Below the pieces are notes generated by a model. It made no database searches, had not been told where the DNA came from, and was given only the letters and a program-made list of their open reading frames with translations. Shown here one piece after another: positions 39,814 through 53,417 of a DNA stretch of 64,000 nt; positions within the stretch are counted from its first letter, which is position 1; each line of letters opens with the position of its first letter. Origin of the DNA: Priapulus caudatus (taxonomy: Eukaryota); contig NW_014577068.1 of the NCBI RefSeq assembly GCF_000485595.1, positions 246,626 through 310,625 of the forward strand. The letters run 5' to 3'. Position numbers and translations under genes: made by a program.

Positions 39814-42593
39814 CGGGCTTAAGTACAGAGGAACGACGTCGGTTAGTCGTCATCGATAACAAAACGCGAGGCTAGAAATAGTAGCCGCTTTCTTGGCGTT
39901 TATATGTATGGAGTCCGAGATTAATCGGATAGCTGGATTAGTGCTGATCTGCATGGCTACATCGATGGCATCGTCATCGTGTACACACGGCTATTACGGT
40001 GAGGCGCTAATCGTAATGTACGCTAGATTACATTGAACCCTACAGAAAACTTTACTACGATTAAATGATTGGATGTGCAGTAAACGCATATCAACGCCTT
40101 TACTATGAGGTAGGCAGCACTACGTACGGAACACATTGTCTCGCATGATATTATATTCATCGTCGTGGTAGATAATTGCACAATCTCAGCGTCGGGGCTT
40201 GATCACCGATGTTCCTAGAAACACATTGAGAATATTTTCGGTTATAGGAAGAAGTTTTTTGCAATACCTACCAAATCGTTGCACGTATGGTCTATATACT
40301 ACTCAGGGTTGTATGAGTGAAACTTGTTTAACGGTTATTAACGATTTTATGACTGCACAGTGCACACAATACGTTTCTACAGATATGTTAACTTGTATTC
40401 GTGTAACTTGCTTTACCGTTTTCATATCTATGAAATGCGCCTGTTTAGAAAAAGCAAGCTGATTGAGTCTGAAGCTATATAGTCTGTAATTTGATGTGAC
40501 ATTACTTCCCGACTACTGTGTTTAGTAGAAGTGAGCTCAATCATGAAATAGTTTATATTAAAGTATATAGCATATAGTAATGTGTTTTATATGTCACAAA
40601 CGTACGCGAAATTTACGCCATATAGTTGATATAGTGCGTGTGAACATAGATTATATTTTTAATTCGAATTCAACAAATTAATACAGAATGACCGAGTACG
40701 GAAATAACTTGTCAGCTAATCGTCAACATTAAACATATAGATTTATTTTAACTAAATTGTACGTTCATATTTTTATCATTTTTCGTCTCTCTTTCAATGC
40801 AATGCATGTAATTATTATTGCCGGGTGGCACGGTAGTATTTAATAAAGTGCCGAATGCTTAGCTAGAAAGCTTGTCGAGAATCGTAATGAGATGCTACGG
40901 AAATAATTACACGGGGCCTTGCATACAGGCCTTGCCATAAAACCTCTGTGTATATTTACATATATATTCGTAACCACTACAATATTTCACCTGAAAATTA
41001 ACTGCGTTAGTATTTGCCAGCTACAAAATAATCAAATTACGTGGACGATATTAAATTACCGCAAATGAGACTACTATTTTTAAATGTCTGCGTACGTTTT
41101 TAAATGCACCGTGCACGCGGGTGTCGCGCAAGCATGCGTGTTGTGCGCGCGTGTGTGTCGTATGAACGAGTGCGTTTATGCGTGAGTGGTCTTGCACGCG
41201 AGCGCTATACACTGAACCTAGGTTAGATGATTTGAAGAAATTGCGCTAAGTAAAAGCAATCTACCTTATGCTGGAACTATCGCCGACCATGAACATGTAT
41301 TGTTAAAACGAATGCGCAGGAAAACGTATGGAACCTATGGTGTTCCAAAATTGCCATCACGCGTCGTGCGATTCAAATGTGCGACGTCGCGCACGACGTC
41401 GCACATTTCTGTTCCATAATTGACAAGGGCGACGTCGTGGTTGAAGAAGGAATAAAAAACAGGACGCGACGGCAATTATGAAATTATGGAATTATGGATT
41501 GGGTATCAGCTCTAATCATTCTAATAATCATTATTGCATATATGATATTATTACGTGTCTAACTATTTAGGACCTATATGAATAACGATATAAGTGGTTT
41601 ATTATAAACAAATATATATTATTTATTATTATAATATGTGCTATTATATATACTATTTATTTATTTATTTCTTCATTCATTTTTATGCTTAGAGTATCAC
41701 TATTTCACGACATATTAACGAGCTAATTTTGGCTGTCCCGGTGAATGGCAATATGGCGGGTGAGCTGCTTCATTGTGTTTGTATGCGGTAGATAACGCAT
41801 GTGCCCTTCAGTTATAGGCATAGAAATAATATAGATAATATAGATAATCATATGAGATAATCTATCTATATATTACTTCTATGGTTATAGCATAGACTCA
41901 CAATATAGTTATATTATCATATTGTTATATATTTATATTATATAGTTATATAGTTATATAGTTATATAGTTATACTAACTATAATAGTCATAGACTATGT
42001 CATAATCATATAGTCATAGTCATAGTCATAGTCATTACAATATCTTGTAAATAGATATTCTTATATTATATACTATTATTATGGTCTATGGAACTTATAG
42101 TGGTCGCCATTCTTTATGCCGTCGTTCTAAGTATCTAAGTATCTATAATACGTAATATAATATAAGTATCGTCGTTCTAAGGCTCTGTTTATTAATTGAG
42201 GGCGGTGAACCTCGCGGCTGGGAGATATCTTTACTATCTATAACTGGAGAGCAGTACGTAATAGCATATATTTAGCACCTATTAGCATATTAACTTATGA
42301 AAGGCCAGCGCAGATTATTTTATGCGGCGATAGCTGCTCTAATAATACGAATATTTGCACACACTAGCTATGCAAATTTGATCCCTCATTAAACTGGTAC
42401 GGGCCTGTCGCGCGCCAAGCGCGCACCAAATCGTAGCGTACAGATACAAAATTTGACCCCACATCAAAGTAGCACGGGTTGACTGTGCATGCTCAGTTCA
42501 GCTCGCTACGTCACTCCGCACATAGATATTGTACTTTTATGTGACCTAAATAAGGCTATGCGGATGCGCATTGCGAAACTTAGTGCGCGCTAA

Positions 42594-44159
42594 AGCCCGC
42601 CGCACACGCTGTGGAACGCGCTGCGCCATCGTTCCACAGCGTGTGCGCATGCAAAATGCATCGATCTGTGGCGTGTGGAAAATATCACACGTGTTTGATA
42701 TTTTCTTCCACGTGTGGCAGATTGAACAGCGTGTGCGGAGTGGCTGTGGAAAGTTCCACACCGTCTCTATGTAACTGACCAATAGTAGGAGGTCAAGCGA
42801 GTCACGTGATCTTAACTTGCGGTTGCAGCGCGGTTGCACTGCGGTACACGCACGTACACGCAGATACACGCACGTACACGCGGGTACACGCACGTACACG
42901 CAGATACACGCACGTACACGCGGGTACACGCACGTACACGCAGGTACACGCACGTACACGCGGGTACACGCGGATACACGCACGTACACGCGGGTACACG
43001 CACGTACACACAGATACACGCACGTACACGCGGGTACACACACGTGCACGCGGGTACACGCACAACGTACACGCGGGTACACGGAGATACACGCACGTAC
43101 ACGCGGGTACACGCACGTACACGCAGATACACGCACGTACACACAGATACACGCACGTACACGCGGGTACACGCACGTACACGCAGATACACGCACGTAC
43201 ACGCGGGTACACGCGGATACACGNNNNNNNNNNATCCGCGTGTACGTGCGTGTACCCGCGGCACGTGCGTGCACGTGCGTGTACCCGCGTGTACGTGCGT
43301 GTATCTGTGTGTACGTGCGTGTATCTGCGTGTACGTGCGTGTACCCGCGTGTACGTGCGTGTATCTCCGTGTACCCGCGTGTACGTTGTGCGTGTACCCG
43401 CGTGCACGTGTGTGTACCCGCGTGTACGTGCGTGTATCTGTGTGTACGTGCGGGTACCCGCGTGTACGTGCGTGTATCCGCGTGTACCCGCGTGTACGTG
43501 CGTGTACCTGCGTGTACGTGCGTGTACCCGCGTGTACGTGCGTGTATCTGTGTGTACGTGCGTGTATCTGCGTGGACGTGCGTGTACCCGCGTGTACGTG
43601 CGTGTATCTCCGTGTACCCGCGTGTACGTTGTGCGTGTACCCGCGTGCACGTGTGTGTACCCGCGTGTACGTGCGTGTATCTGTGTGTACGTGCGGGTAC
43701 CCGCGTGTACGTGCGTGTATCCGCGTGTACCCGCGTGTACGTGCGTGTACCTGCGTGTACGTGCGTGTACCCGCGTGTACGTGCGTGTATCTGCGTGTAC
43801 GTGCGTGTACCCGCGTGTACGTGCGTGTATCCGCGTGTACCCGCGTGTACGTGCGTGTATCTGCGTGTACTACGTGAGTGTACCGCAGTGCAACCGCGCT
43901 GCAACCGCAAGTTAAGACCACGTGACTCGCTTGACCTCCTGCTATTGGTCGGTTACATAGAGACGGAGTGGAACTTTACACAGCCACTCCGCACACGCTG
44001 TTCAATCTTCCACACGCGTGTGATATTTTCCACACGCCACAGATCGATGCATTTTGCATGGGCACACGCTGTGGAACGCGCTGCGCCATCGTCCACACGC
44101 ACGCCATCGTCCACGTGTGGTCGATGGCGCAGCGCGTTCCACAGCGTGTGCGGCGGGCT
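42594..44159. mobile_element. Foldback non-autonomous PIF/Harbinger-like element with an internal minisatellite
   Basis: TAA|AGCCCGCCGCACACG...CGTGTGCGGCGGGCT|TAA. The arms are inverted along almost their full length. GTACACGCAC/GTACACGCGG 10-mer arrays point inward around a 10-N gap at 43224-43233. Confidence 0.85.
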
Positions 44160-44717
44160 TAAGCACCAGATTGCGTGCAGACACAACTTAGAGCGGGATA
44201 ACTTGACCCTCCTTTATTTGCGGGGCCAAATTGGTGCGGGCCAGTGCGTATTTGGAGCGGGATCGCGTGTACACGCTGCAAAAATTTAACGCGCGCCTGT
44301 CCCGGGCTACTTTGGTGTGGTCAAATTTGCAGTCTGTACGGGGTATCAGAGATCATACGATCGCCGACGGCTGCTACGGCAGTGGAGGAGCAGTTCCGAA
44401 TCTCCTTATCCACCACCTTCCTACGGAGTAAACATCCTCCACTTGTTCATCGCCGTAGACTGGCTGTACACACACACGCTTATCCACACGCACACGCTCA
44501 CGCACAGGCACAGGCACACGCACACGCACACGCACACGCACACGCACACGCACACGCACACGCACACGCACACGCACACGCACGCAACTAATTTTGTCTT
44601 TATTATTGCTTTTTTTCGACGCTTCCTCCCACCTCAGTTCCGCTAGGGTATAACACGTATAAATACTCACAACGCGTATATCATTCCCCCAGGTAATAAG
44701 CTCGTACCACTAATAAG

Positions 44718-44800
<83 letters not shown>

Positions 44801-44871
44801 CTGGCGCGTCGTCCCACGTGCGCTGCGTCGTGCTGCGAGAGCGGCGTGTGTGTGTGTGTGTTGCGTGTGTG

Positions 44872-44926
<55 letters not shown>

Positions 44927-44945
44927 GGTGTGTGTTTGTATGCTG

Positions 44946-44977
<32 letters not shown>

Positions 44978-45745
44978 TGTGTGTGTGTGCATGCGTGATT
45001 GTGGTGTGTCTGTGCATGTGTGCATGTGCGGGTGTGTGTCTGTTTGTATGCGTGCCTGTGCGTGTCATGAACTATGATCACTGTTGCTCATGAGGAGGCC
45101 GACTATGGTTGGCCATCGTGCTCAGAAATAATTACTTTTACCGCGGTAGAAATAATTTAGCCGCGGTAAAAAATAATTAATAATTAAGATATAACTAATA
45201 ATTAATAGAGGCAGTCCCGAGAGAGGCCGAATTTAAGTGCTGAATGCACGAAGGATTAAATACGAGACGTACGAGCTAAGACAGCTCTGTAAATATGCAC
45301 GAAATGGGTTCTTATTGCGTCACTCGGTACATGGAAGTCACAGCGGTTGATAGCTTTCCGTCTATCCACAGCATAGCAAAACTACGAATTCAAAATTTTA
45401 GTTAACAAGAAAATTGGCTGTGGATCTGTGTTTATGATGACACTTACTTGATATGTTACGTATCACGCATCGCCTTGTTTAAATACCACCTGAGCGAGTA
45501 AGGATTAAATTATTGCCCTAACCTATAAACTAGACAACTAGCTCGTAATACTAGAGCTTATTAACAATTTTTATTAGTTGGACAGTCTGGCACTAAATTA
45601 TGGAAATGCTCAGTAGATCAACTGAAAAGGGGTGCGATTTTATGCAGTCTGGTGGTATCTTGGTTTCCTCTCATACATTTCCTTGCCTTTCCATACCAAT
45701 ACAAGTTTAGTTTTAATAATACAATAAAAGTCGACGTTATAAGAT

Positions 45746-46680
45746 TGTTACGGCATCAATTATAATAGCGCGTATGCTAAGTATAACATGTGTAGCATAG
45801 TATAGGCACGTGATCGTATAGGCTATTACAGGTTCATGTACAGTCAGATACGTGTGCAAAGCACTGAAGCCAAAGGGAACGTTGTCGCTACAGAATACAG
45901 TAACCAGATAATTACTACAGTAAATCCATTCTTTAATAACTACAAAGCATAATGACAATCATATACAAGACATAGCTAGCCAACACAAGCAGGCACAAGT
46001 TACAAGCAAACACAAGTTACAAGCAATGCATATCTTACGCCAGTGTAGCGTCCGGCAGCAGCTAGGTAGCAGCTAGGTAGCAGCAGGAGTCGACTCGTGG
46101 CGTACCTCGAGAGAGACAGCTAGTGACGTTTGTCTGTGTCTGTTCTGTCCAAATCGGCAACTTTATATTCATCTAGAGAAATCACAGCGTGGTCAAGGAA
46201 GTTCATTCATCTGCTAAGTGGAGTGTCGATAAACTAGTGCGTTGACAGGAGTGATGTAGGATGGTGCTGTCGTCTCCGGCATATTCCTATGGATGGATGA
46301 TCGCGCGTGAAATGTGGGAATCTGCGGTTGTCCACCAATGTGGTCATTAGTATCGATAGCGAACATATTTTGCATTCCTCGGGTGTGTTTGTCCGCAGTG
46401 CTGACCAATGCTGACCCGTGATATGATGTCCTTCTTTGTGATGCGAGGCTGCCAGGTCAGATGCGAGCGGTCAGCGCGCTCTAATGATTTTCACTTTGCG
46501 CGACGGACGCTGGTTCACCTTAACTTGTTTGCCTCAGGCCACTTAAACTAAAATGACCTATGTTGCTTGCTATGCAGGCTGCTTACGTTCAATGACTCGT
46601 GTAAGCTAACTGCGTTAAAATATCTACTTATATTTCGATATAAGTATGTATATTATCCTCAATACTACAGCGTTCTACAC
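45746..46680 (-). mobile_element. Possible solo LTR
   Basis: On the minus strand: TATAAA (46164-46169), then ATTAAA (~45932-45937), ending ...CCGTAACA at 45746. The 5' TG end and TSD were not confirmed. Confidence 0.35.
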
Positions 46681-47276
46681 CAGCCTGCTGCCGCTGCTGC
46701 TGCTATGGATTTGATACCGTGCAAAAGAAACGGAAATATCTAAACACCATGCATCGAACAACAATACAACCAATCAAGTCCATAATAGAAAATTCGAATA
46801 TATATATATATATAATAGAAATTTCTAGAATTCTCTAGAATAGAATTCTCTATAATAGAAATTTCTATTATGGACTCTTGATCCATTACAATACTTTCTT
46901 GCGTCTCACCCAACCCTCGCCACTGTGCTTGTACTAGCTGCTACGATGGCACCAATTCTCAATTAACCACTCACTTACAACGGTCAGAATGTTCCGTGCA
47001 GGAGAGTTAAGGAATGGTATAGACATTAGGAAAACCCGAAAGAATAAAATTCAATACATTCTCCACAAATGTTTTGACATAATGTCAAACATCATGTAAC
47101 ACATAATTAATGCAATCTATGATGGATCTTAACGTTGCATTTTTACTGCATTCTGCTTTATCTGCCCCATAATTATTATATTAAATATATATTATGTTAT
47201 ATTATTATATTATATTATATTATATTATATTTATATGTACCATATATATATATATAATATATATAATATATATATA

Positions 47277-47318
<42 letters not shown>

Positions 47319-47979
47319 ATATGTATATTTTGATTAGTGTCATTATATTTATATTTAAATTATTATTAATGTTATTATTATTATTATTACTATTACTATT
47401 AATTTTGTCATGGCAGTAGGCTCGTGAAATTAGCAAGGAGGTGTGGTTGTTAGAAAATCATTTGGACATGCAAGTCTCCTCATGCGAATCCCCACGCTAA
47501 GTAACAGTGTGACATATGCATCCGTGTGCTGGGTACATGCGTGTGTGCGTGTGTGCGTGCGTGCGTGCGTGCGTGCGTGCGTGTGTGTGTGGTGGCACTA
47601 TAATTCTTCTGCATCTTCTTGGTATCTGATTGTTATCACATTTAATTTCTGAATTCTAAATATAAACTGTAGTCATTATCTCTACCAACGGCAAAGCATA
47701 TTGTGACAGGTGGCCCTACAAGGCATATTTTCATTAGGTGTCAGCGTGTTTTAAGAATCTGTGTTTATCCTGATCGCATAGCCTTGCGTTTGCTCGTGGG
47801 TGCATAGCGCGCCCTTTGGCTCGCTATGTTAATCAATTCTGGTATTCTGTTCCACCAGTTCGTATCACAAGCATTCACGGCTATAGGTAGAAAGATCTGC
47901 ACACAAGCAGTTACGCCATAATCACGCCCATCTAGGTGGATCTACCACACGAGCCGTTCGCGAAATAATCACGGTCAGG

Positions 47980-48181
47980 CTGTATACGCCATATTTTTCG
48001 CGTACAGATATTTTCGCGAATTCACACTTGACGGACAATTTCGCGAAGTGTTAATTTCGCGGTAGGTGAATTATGAATTATTCGGTATGAACTATTCGCG
48101 TGTTTTTATTTTCGCGGTCGGGTACGCGTTCGCGAAATTCGCGAAAATTAAACGACCGCGAAATATACAGCTTATGCAGTA
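47980..48181. mobile_element. Second copy of the TTCGCGAA MITE
   Basis: Colinear reverse complement of 56112-56311. Confidence 0.78.
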
Positions 48182-48961
48182 GATCAATCAACACAACACA
48201 AACCCTGTATGACCACACACGCAATTAACCAATTTAGCGGCCCAAAAGACATGGTCTTGTCACTGTCGGGTCGTTCGAATGTCGTAAACATCTATAAGCA
48301 AGCTTCGAGGCGGCATATTGACATAGCGATTCTCCACGCTGTGCGTTGGCGCGCGTACGATACCTAGCAATATCGTTATGGAAATCTATGCACGAACGTA
48401 CGCCATATATATATCGAAGATCACAGTAATAACGCCAATTGTATTTTATGTAAGTGTTGTAGCGCAACAATTAATTATTAACAATGAACAATTACCAATA
48501 CATTACAATATATTTATTACAATAAAATTAAATATAATTGTACGGGGTCATTGCCTCCAAGGCGTGTGGAGCAGCAGAACGCTAGATTTAGTTTTAAATC
48601 AAAATGGTTTAATAAATCTCAATAACCCTAAAATCCAACAATTTTTTAAGAAGAAATATTTTCCTTTAACCTAATCTTACCCTATTTGAAGGGCTCTACT
48701 TGAAACCTCGGCATTATGAATTTTGTGTGTTGCAAGTTATCTTGTAATCAGGCAACAATCTTTTCACAGTTATGGAGTGACGCTCTGTGCGTTTAGCATT
48801 TAGTAGCAATCATGAACGCAAACATGACGATGCTACAATGCTACACTAGTGATGTGACAGATGTGTCTATGTCTTAGTAGCTAGATGTGCATCTGTCATT
48901 TCGTGCTACTCAGCTCCCAACGAAGTGTACATACATTGTCGATGCGGTGAGAAAGAAGTAA

Positions 48962-49368
48962 AGATAATGAATATGATGATCATTATGATGAAGGTCAAAG
49001 CATGAAAGAAGGAAAGATAATGAATATGTTGATCATTATGATAAAGGTCAAAGCATGAAAAAAAAGATAATGAATATGATAATCATTGTGATGAAGGTCA
49101 AAGCATGAAAGAAAGAAAGATAATGAATATAATGATCATTATGATGAAGGTCAAAGCATGAAAGAAAGAAAGATAATGAATATAATGATCATTATGATGA
49201 AAGTCAAAGCATGGAAAAGGTTAAGATAATGAATATGATGATCATTGTGATGAAGGTCAAAGCATGAAAGGAAAGATAATGAATATGATGATCATTGTGA
49301 TGAAGGTCAAAGCATGAAAGGAACGATAATGAATATGATGATTATTATGATGAAGGTCAAAGCATGAT
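48962..49368. repeat. Minisatellite, 8 copies of a ~50-bp unit
   Basis: AGATAATGAATATGATGATCATTATGATGAAGGTCAAAGCATGAAAG core with variable A/G linkers. Confidence 0.9.
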
Positions 49369-51584
49369 AGAAGTACAAAAAGAAGAAACAAAGACGATGA
49401 AAAAGAAGATGAAGAAGAAGAGGAAGCAGAAAACGAAGACGAAGAAACCAAATAATGAGCGTGCAAGAGCTATGCAAGCGTCACCTATCACAGACGGAGA
49501 TAACCGAACAGACGTCTCGCATCCTTTGTTGAGTCGCACCACGAGTTGCACAATGCGTTGAACGGGGAAGTTATTGCGCCCGGGCAAGTCATTATAGCGA
49601 TGAGGTCAGCTACTACATGCCCAATAATGCTACGGAATGCCCAATAACGTAACATCCACGCGTGTAATTTCCTCGGGATATCGAGCTGCTTTCCAAACCC
49701 GATGAAGCAATCGCATGCCATCCGCCTGAAATCCAGCGATGTGCGTGACTCAACTCGGCTGTGTGTCGCGTTTAGCATAAAGCGGGCTTTATTTGATAGG
49801 AGAGTTCATATATATATTGGCTGTTAGCGATCACAGACTTGACGGCACAATAGTATTATTTTTTGCAAAAAAAAACCCAGCGACATGTTAAGATTTCTTG
49901 AGGAATGACGTTGATTACCGCAATACGAACAAATCTGTTATGAAATTAAATGAGTTCTTCATAAACACACAAGTATGCTGCAACTGTAACTGTACTGTAC
50001 TGTTCGTAACTGTGCTGATACAACTAGTACGCACAACGCACACACGGGCACACGGGCACGCGCGCATGCACGCACGCACACGCGCACACACTGCCAATCG
50101 GCCCTGAGACATAACACAGCAGAATAATACAAACAAGTGCCGCAGTGCGACAGGGTCATCTGGTGTCTGGTGTTCTGCTGATAAATTCATTTGTGCATAG
50201 CAAGACGTCTTATACATAAGTCTTCTCTATTCTTGTTCGACTTTCGTAGCCAATTCAAACAAATATATCAGCTACACTTTCGCACCCACCTAATCTCTAT
50301 GCATTGCAGACACATGTGCATTGCAGGTTGGCAGGCAACAATTATGATTAGAAGCGTGCCAGCCATAGGCTGCCCCGTGTTTTTGCTTACCCACGCGAGT
50401 ATTCACTGATTCAGCCTTCAGGGTGCTATAGACAGACTGCTTTAGAAAATAATATGATTTAAGGAGCGTAAACCTTGTTCAACAAACATTTTCCTTTGCA
50501 ATTCAACTGTGCAACTGTAGCCTCACATTCACACAGGTATGGGCTTTAAATATAGAAAAAGCAGTTCAGTCCTTTGCAGGGCGTCAAGTGACAAGTGAAT
50601 TTCAGATGTGAAAAAAAGGAGGAAAATAGGAATTTTGGTGAGAAAATACATGTTAAATAGGAATATTTGTTGCGTTAGATGGCCTCCCAACACCCCTACA
50701 GCCATCCCGATCCACCACAAATGGTTTTATTAATATACATATTTGGAGTTACATCACATGCGAACAATATTTTGAGGTTTTAATGAGAAATGCATGTTAA
50801 AATTGATAAGCAGTTTATACATGCATAAGCACCCATACATGTAGACTACTCCAAAATAGTATGACGTACATGTATACATGGGCGGATCCGGCTTTTTGAA
50901 AAAGGGGGGTCCAGTAAGAAATAAAGGGCACTTTTATAAAAAAAAAGTGCCAAAGGCAGCTTATGCGACGTGTCTAAGGCACGTTGCCACTTAGAGGGGG
51001 GAGGGAGTTAGGGGGATCTCCCCCAAGAAAGCATCTGAGCAGTAATTTTGATGTCTAGAATGCAAGATGGAATTCCAAATTTTTAAGCAGAAAATTATCT
51101 TTTATGTGTTTTCCCTTTTTTGGGGTAAAAAAGGGGGGGTCCGGACACCCTGGACCCCCCCCCTCTGGATACACATACCACATCCAAATGAGAAACAACT
51201 TTACTGAAATAAAATCTGTGATAGTAAAGAGTATATTACATTAATTTAAAGTAAGGAGTGGTGGTCTGGGGGTCCTCCCCTAGGAAATTTTTGAAAATTC
51301 GGTCCCCTGAAATGTAAATTCCTGCATTCTGAGAAAGATACATACAATTCTGGATTCAGAAAAATGAAAAGCCCTCAAAAATAGGAAAAAATAGAAATTT
51401 GTCCAGAAAATAGGAGAAAATAGGAATTGCCCAGAAAATAGGAAAAAATAGGAATTTGTCCAGAAAATAGGAGAAAATAGGAATTGCCCAGAAAATAGGA
51501 AAAAATAGGAAAAAATAGGAACTTGACAGGGCGCCTTTGTTAACCGTCAACAAATCAATGTTTAACCCTCCTCTTGAGAGTCAA

Positions 51585-52122
51585 AAGGTTATCCGACACT
51601 TACTCTTCGCATGTCAGCAGAAAGTACATTTCATGGTCCTTTCAATAAAGCCATAAAAATGGTAGGTCACCGCTGAAACAAAAAGGTTTTTCAATCGCTC
51701 CGTCAGACCATGTCCTAAAAAAATTTCTAAAATCTGCCCTATGCCCCATTTACCTGTGACTTCCAATTTCGGCACAGTGACGGCTTTCCCTACCATGATG
51801 CTATACACCGACTATCACGAGCTTAGGTCAAGCCGTTTAGATTTGTGCCGCAATTCTGCATTTCCTCCCTATACCTTAAGTTAAGGAGGAAATGTTCCCC
51901 CTTCTTTTACACCTTTTGATCTTTGACCTTTGACCTTTAACCCCAGCCTCGACATCCCAACTCGTTTTCGGATTACCCCCACACGTCCTGAATATCGTGA
52001 CCGTACGTCGAGCGGTTAAGATTTGTGCCCAACTGTTGACGCACGGACGCACGGACGCACGGACGGACGCACGCTCATGCGATTCTACAAGCTGCATCCG
52101 ACTATGTCAGATAAGCTAAAAA
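51585..52122 (-). mobile_element. DINE-1/HINE-like non-autonomous element
   Basis: Minus strand begins TTTTTAGCTTATCTGAC, then a short hairpin, a (GTCC/GTGC) microsatellite and AAAGGTCA repeats. The far boundary is uncertain. Confidence 0.45.
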
Positions 52123-52410
52123 GTCATCAAACTTTCATTTCCTCGCTACAATGGCAGCTACACAGGCGCGTCAAAGAGCAATTGCAAGTACCACCAATAG
52201 CCAGAATTGCATCTTTTTAGAAGAATCATCAAATAGCTTTTACCATGTGTGAAAGTTAAAACACATAAAGCAACATCGTACGCGCACTTCAGTTAGACCG
52301 CGCCCGGATAACAGTGCATATATATGATGTATATTGCCCTTGGCCGATGGCAGTGTTGATCAATTTTCTTCGCAACTCATTAGATTATCTCTATTAGTTT
52401 TGCATGCACC

Positions 52411-52798
52411 CAAGAGCGTCAACAGGTAGGGCCACTTTCAAAAGTAGGGGGACATCATATCATTTGTCCCCCTCACTTTTTTGGGATCAGAACCCTTGAA
52501 AACAACTTGAATAGGTGTATGCTTTAAAAGAATGAATGAGAATGGTTGGAAAATGCCTCAGATCACACCAAAGAGCATCTAAAGTAAATTTTTGTATTTT
52601 CTGTATAAACTACTGTCTAATTTTGCAGCATCATAAACATACTCTACAATGCATTAAAACGCCTGTTTTTAATACCCAAAAATAAAAAGTCATTACCGTG
52701 GCAGGGGCAAGCCCCCCTCCCACACCCTCCCCCGCTCCTTTGCTCTGTTCCCTCAAAATGTCCCCCCCCACACGTTTGACAAGCTGTTGACGCCCTTG
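52411..52798. mobile_element. hAT-like MITE
   Basis: TIRs CAAGAGCGTCAACAG / CTGTTGACGCCCTTG; 8-bp flanks CATGCACC / CATGCGCC. Confidence 0.75.
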
Positions 52799-53417
52799 CA
52801 TGCGCCCGTAGTTATTTGAAAACGAGGCGAAATTCTCGTACCATGTGTATAGTTTCATCTCTGTGAAATGCTGATCTACTAAAATGTTTACAATTGCCAC
52901 TCTGACGAAACGTGTCACTTGTTTTTTCTAAACCCATTTATTGAAGTTTTCAACAGTCATTGTAGATTTCTCACGTACTTATAAAAAAAGCTTTCTGTCA
53001 TGTTCCTGATGGTATGACTCTCACGGGTATATACATTTGATTTGTATTTTTACTGACCTGCAGGATTATAAATGGCACATGCCTCGAAAAACTCTGTTTG
53101 GACAATGTCGGTTCTGTTTGTATGGTATCAGCTGTCATGACCATTGATTTACCTGCTAAGCGATCTGGGAATACAATATTGCCAGCCTCGCTTCAGAAAA
53201 GACCAGAAAAATAGAGGAATGAAAAATCATGGTCGAGGGCCTCGAAAATTAATATCATAAAATTAGATTTCTGCTAGAAGTTTTTCAGGTTCCATCGTCA
53301 ATTGGAAAACGCCACAACTGACACAAAACTAGGCACATACTTGTGCTCACTCCTAGTTTGGGACCCCGGTAAATATAGTTTGCATATGTGCTAAACTACG
53401 AGTGGGCCCATACTTGC

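Noticed and set aside
42546..44289. Long ORFs (282-490 aa) in all frames
   Set aside because: They are translations of a stop-free 10-mer minisatellite inside the foldback element and run through an N gap.
48962..49368. CRISPR-like array
   Set aside because: The linkers are a few A/G bases rather than unique spacers, the context is eukaryotic and there are no cas genes.
49364..49561. Lys-rich 65-aa ORF after the minisatellite
   Set aside because: It derives from (GAA)n-like low-complexity sequence and has no other support.
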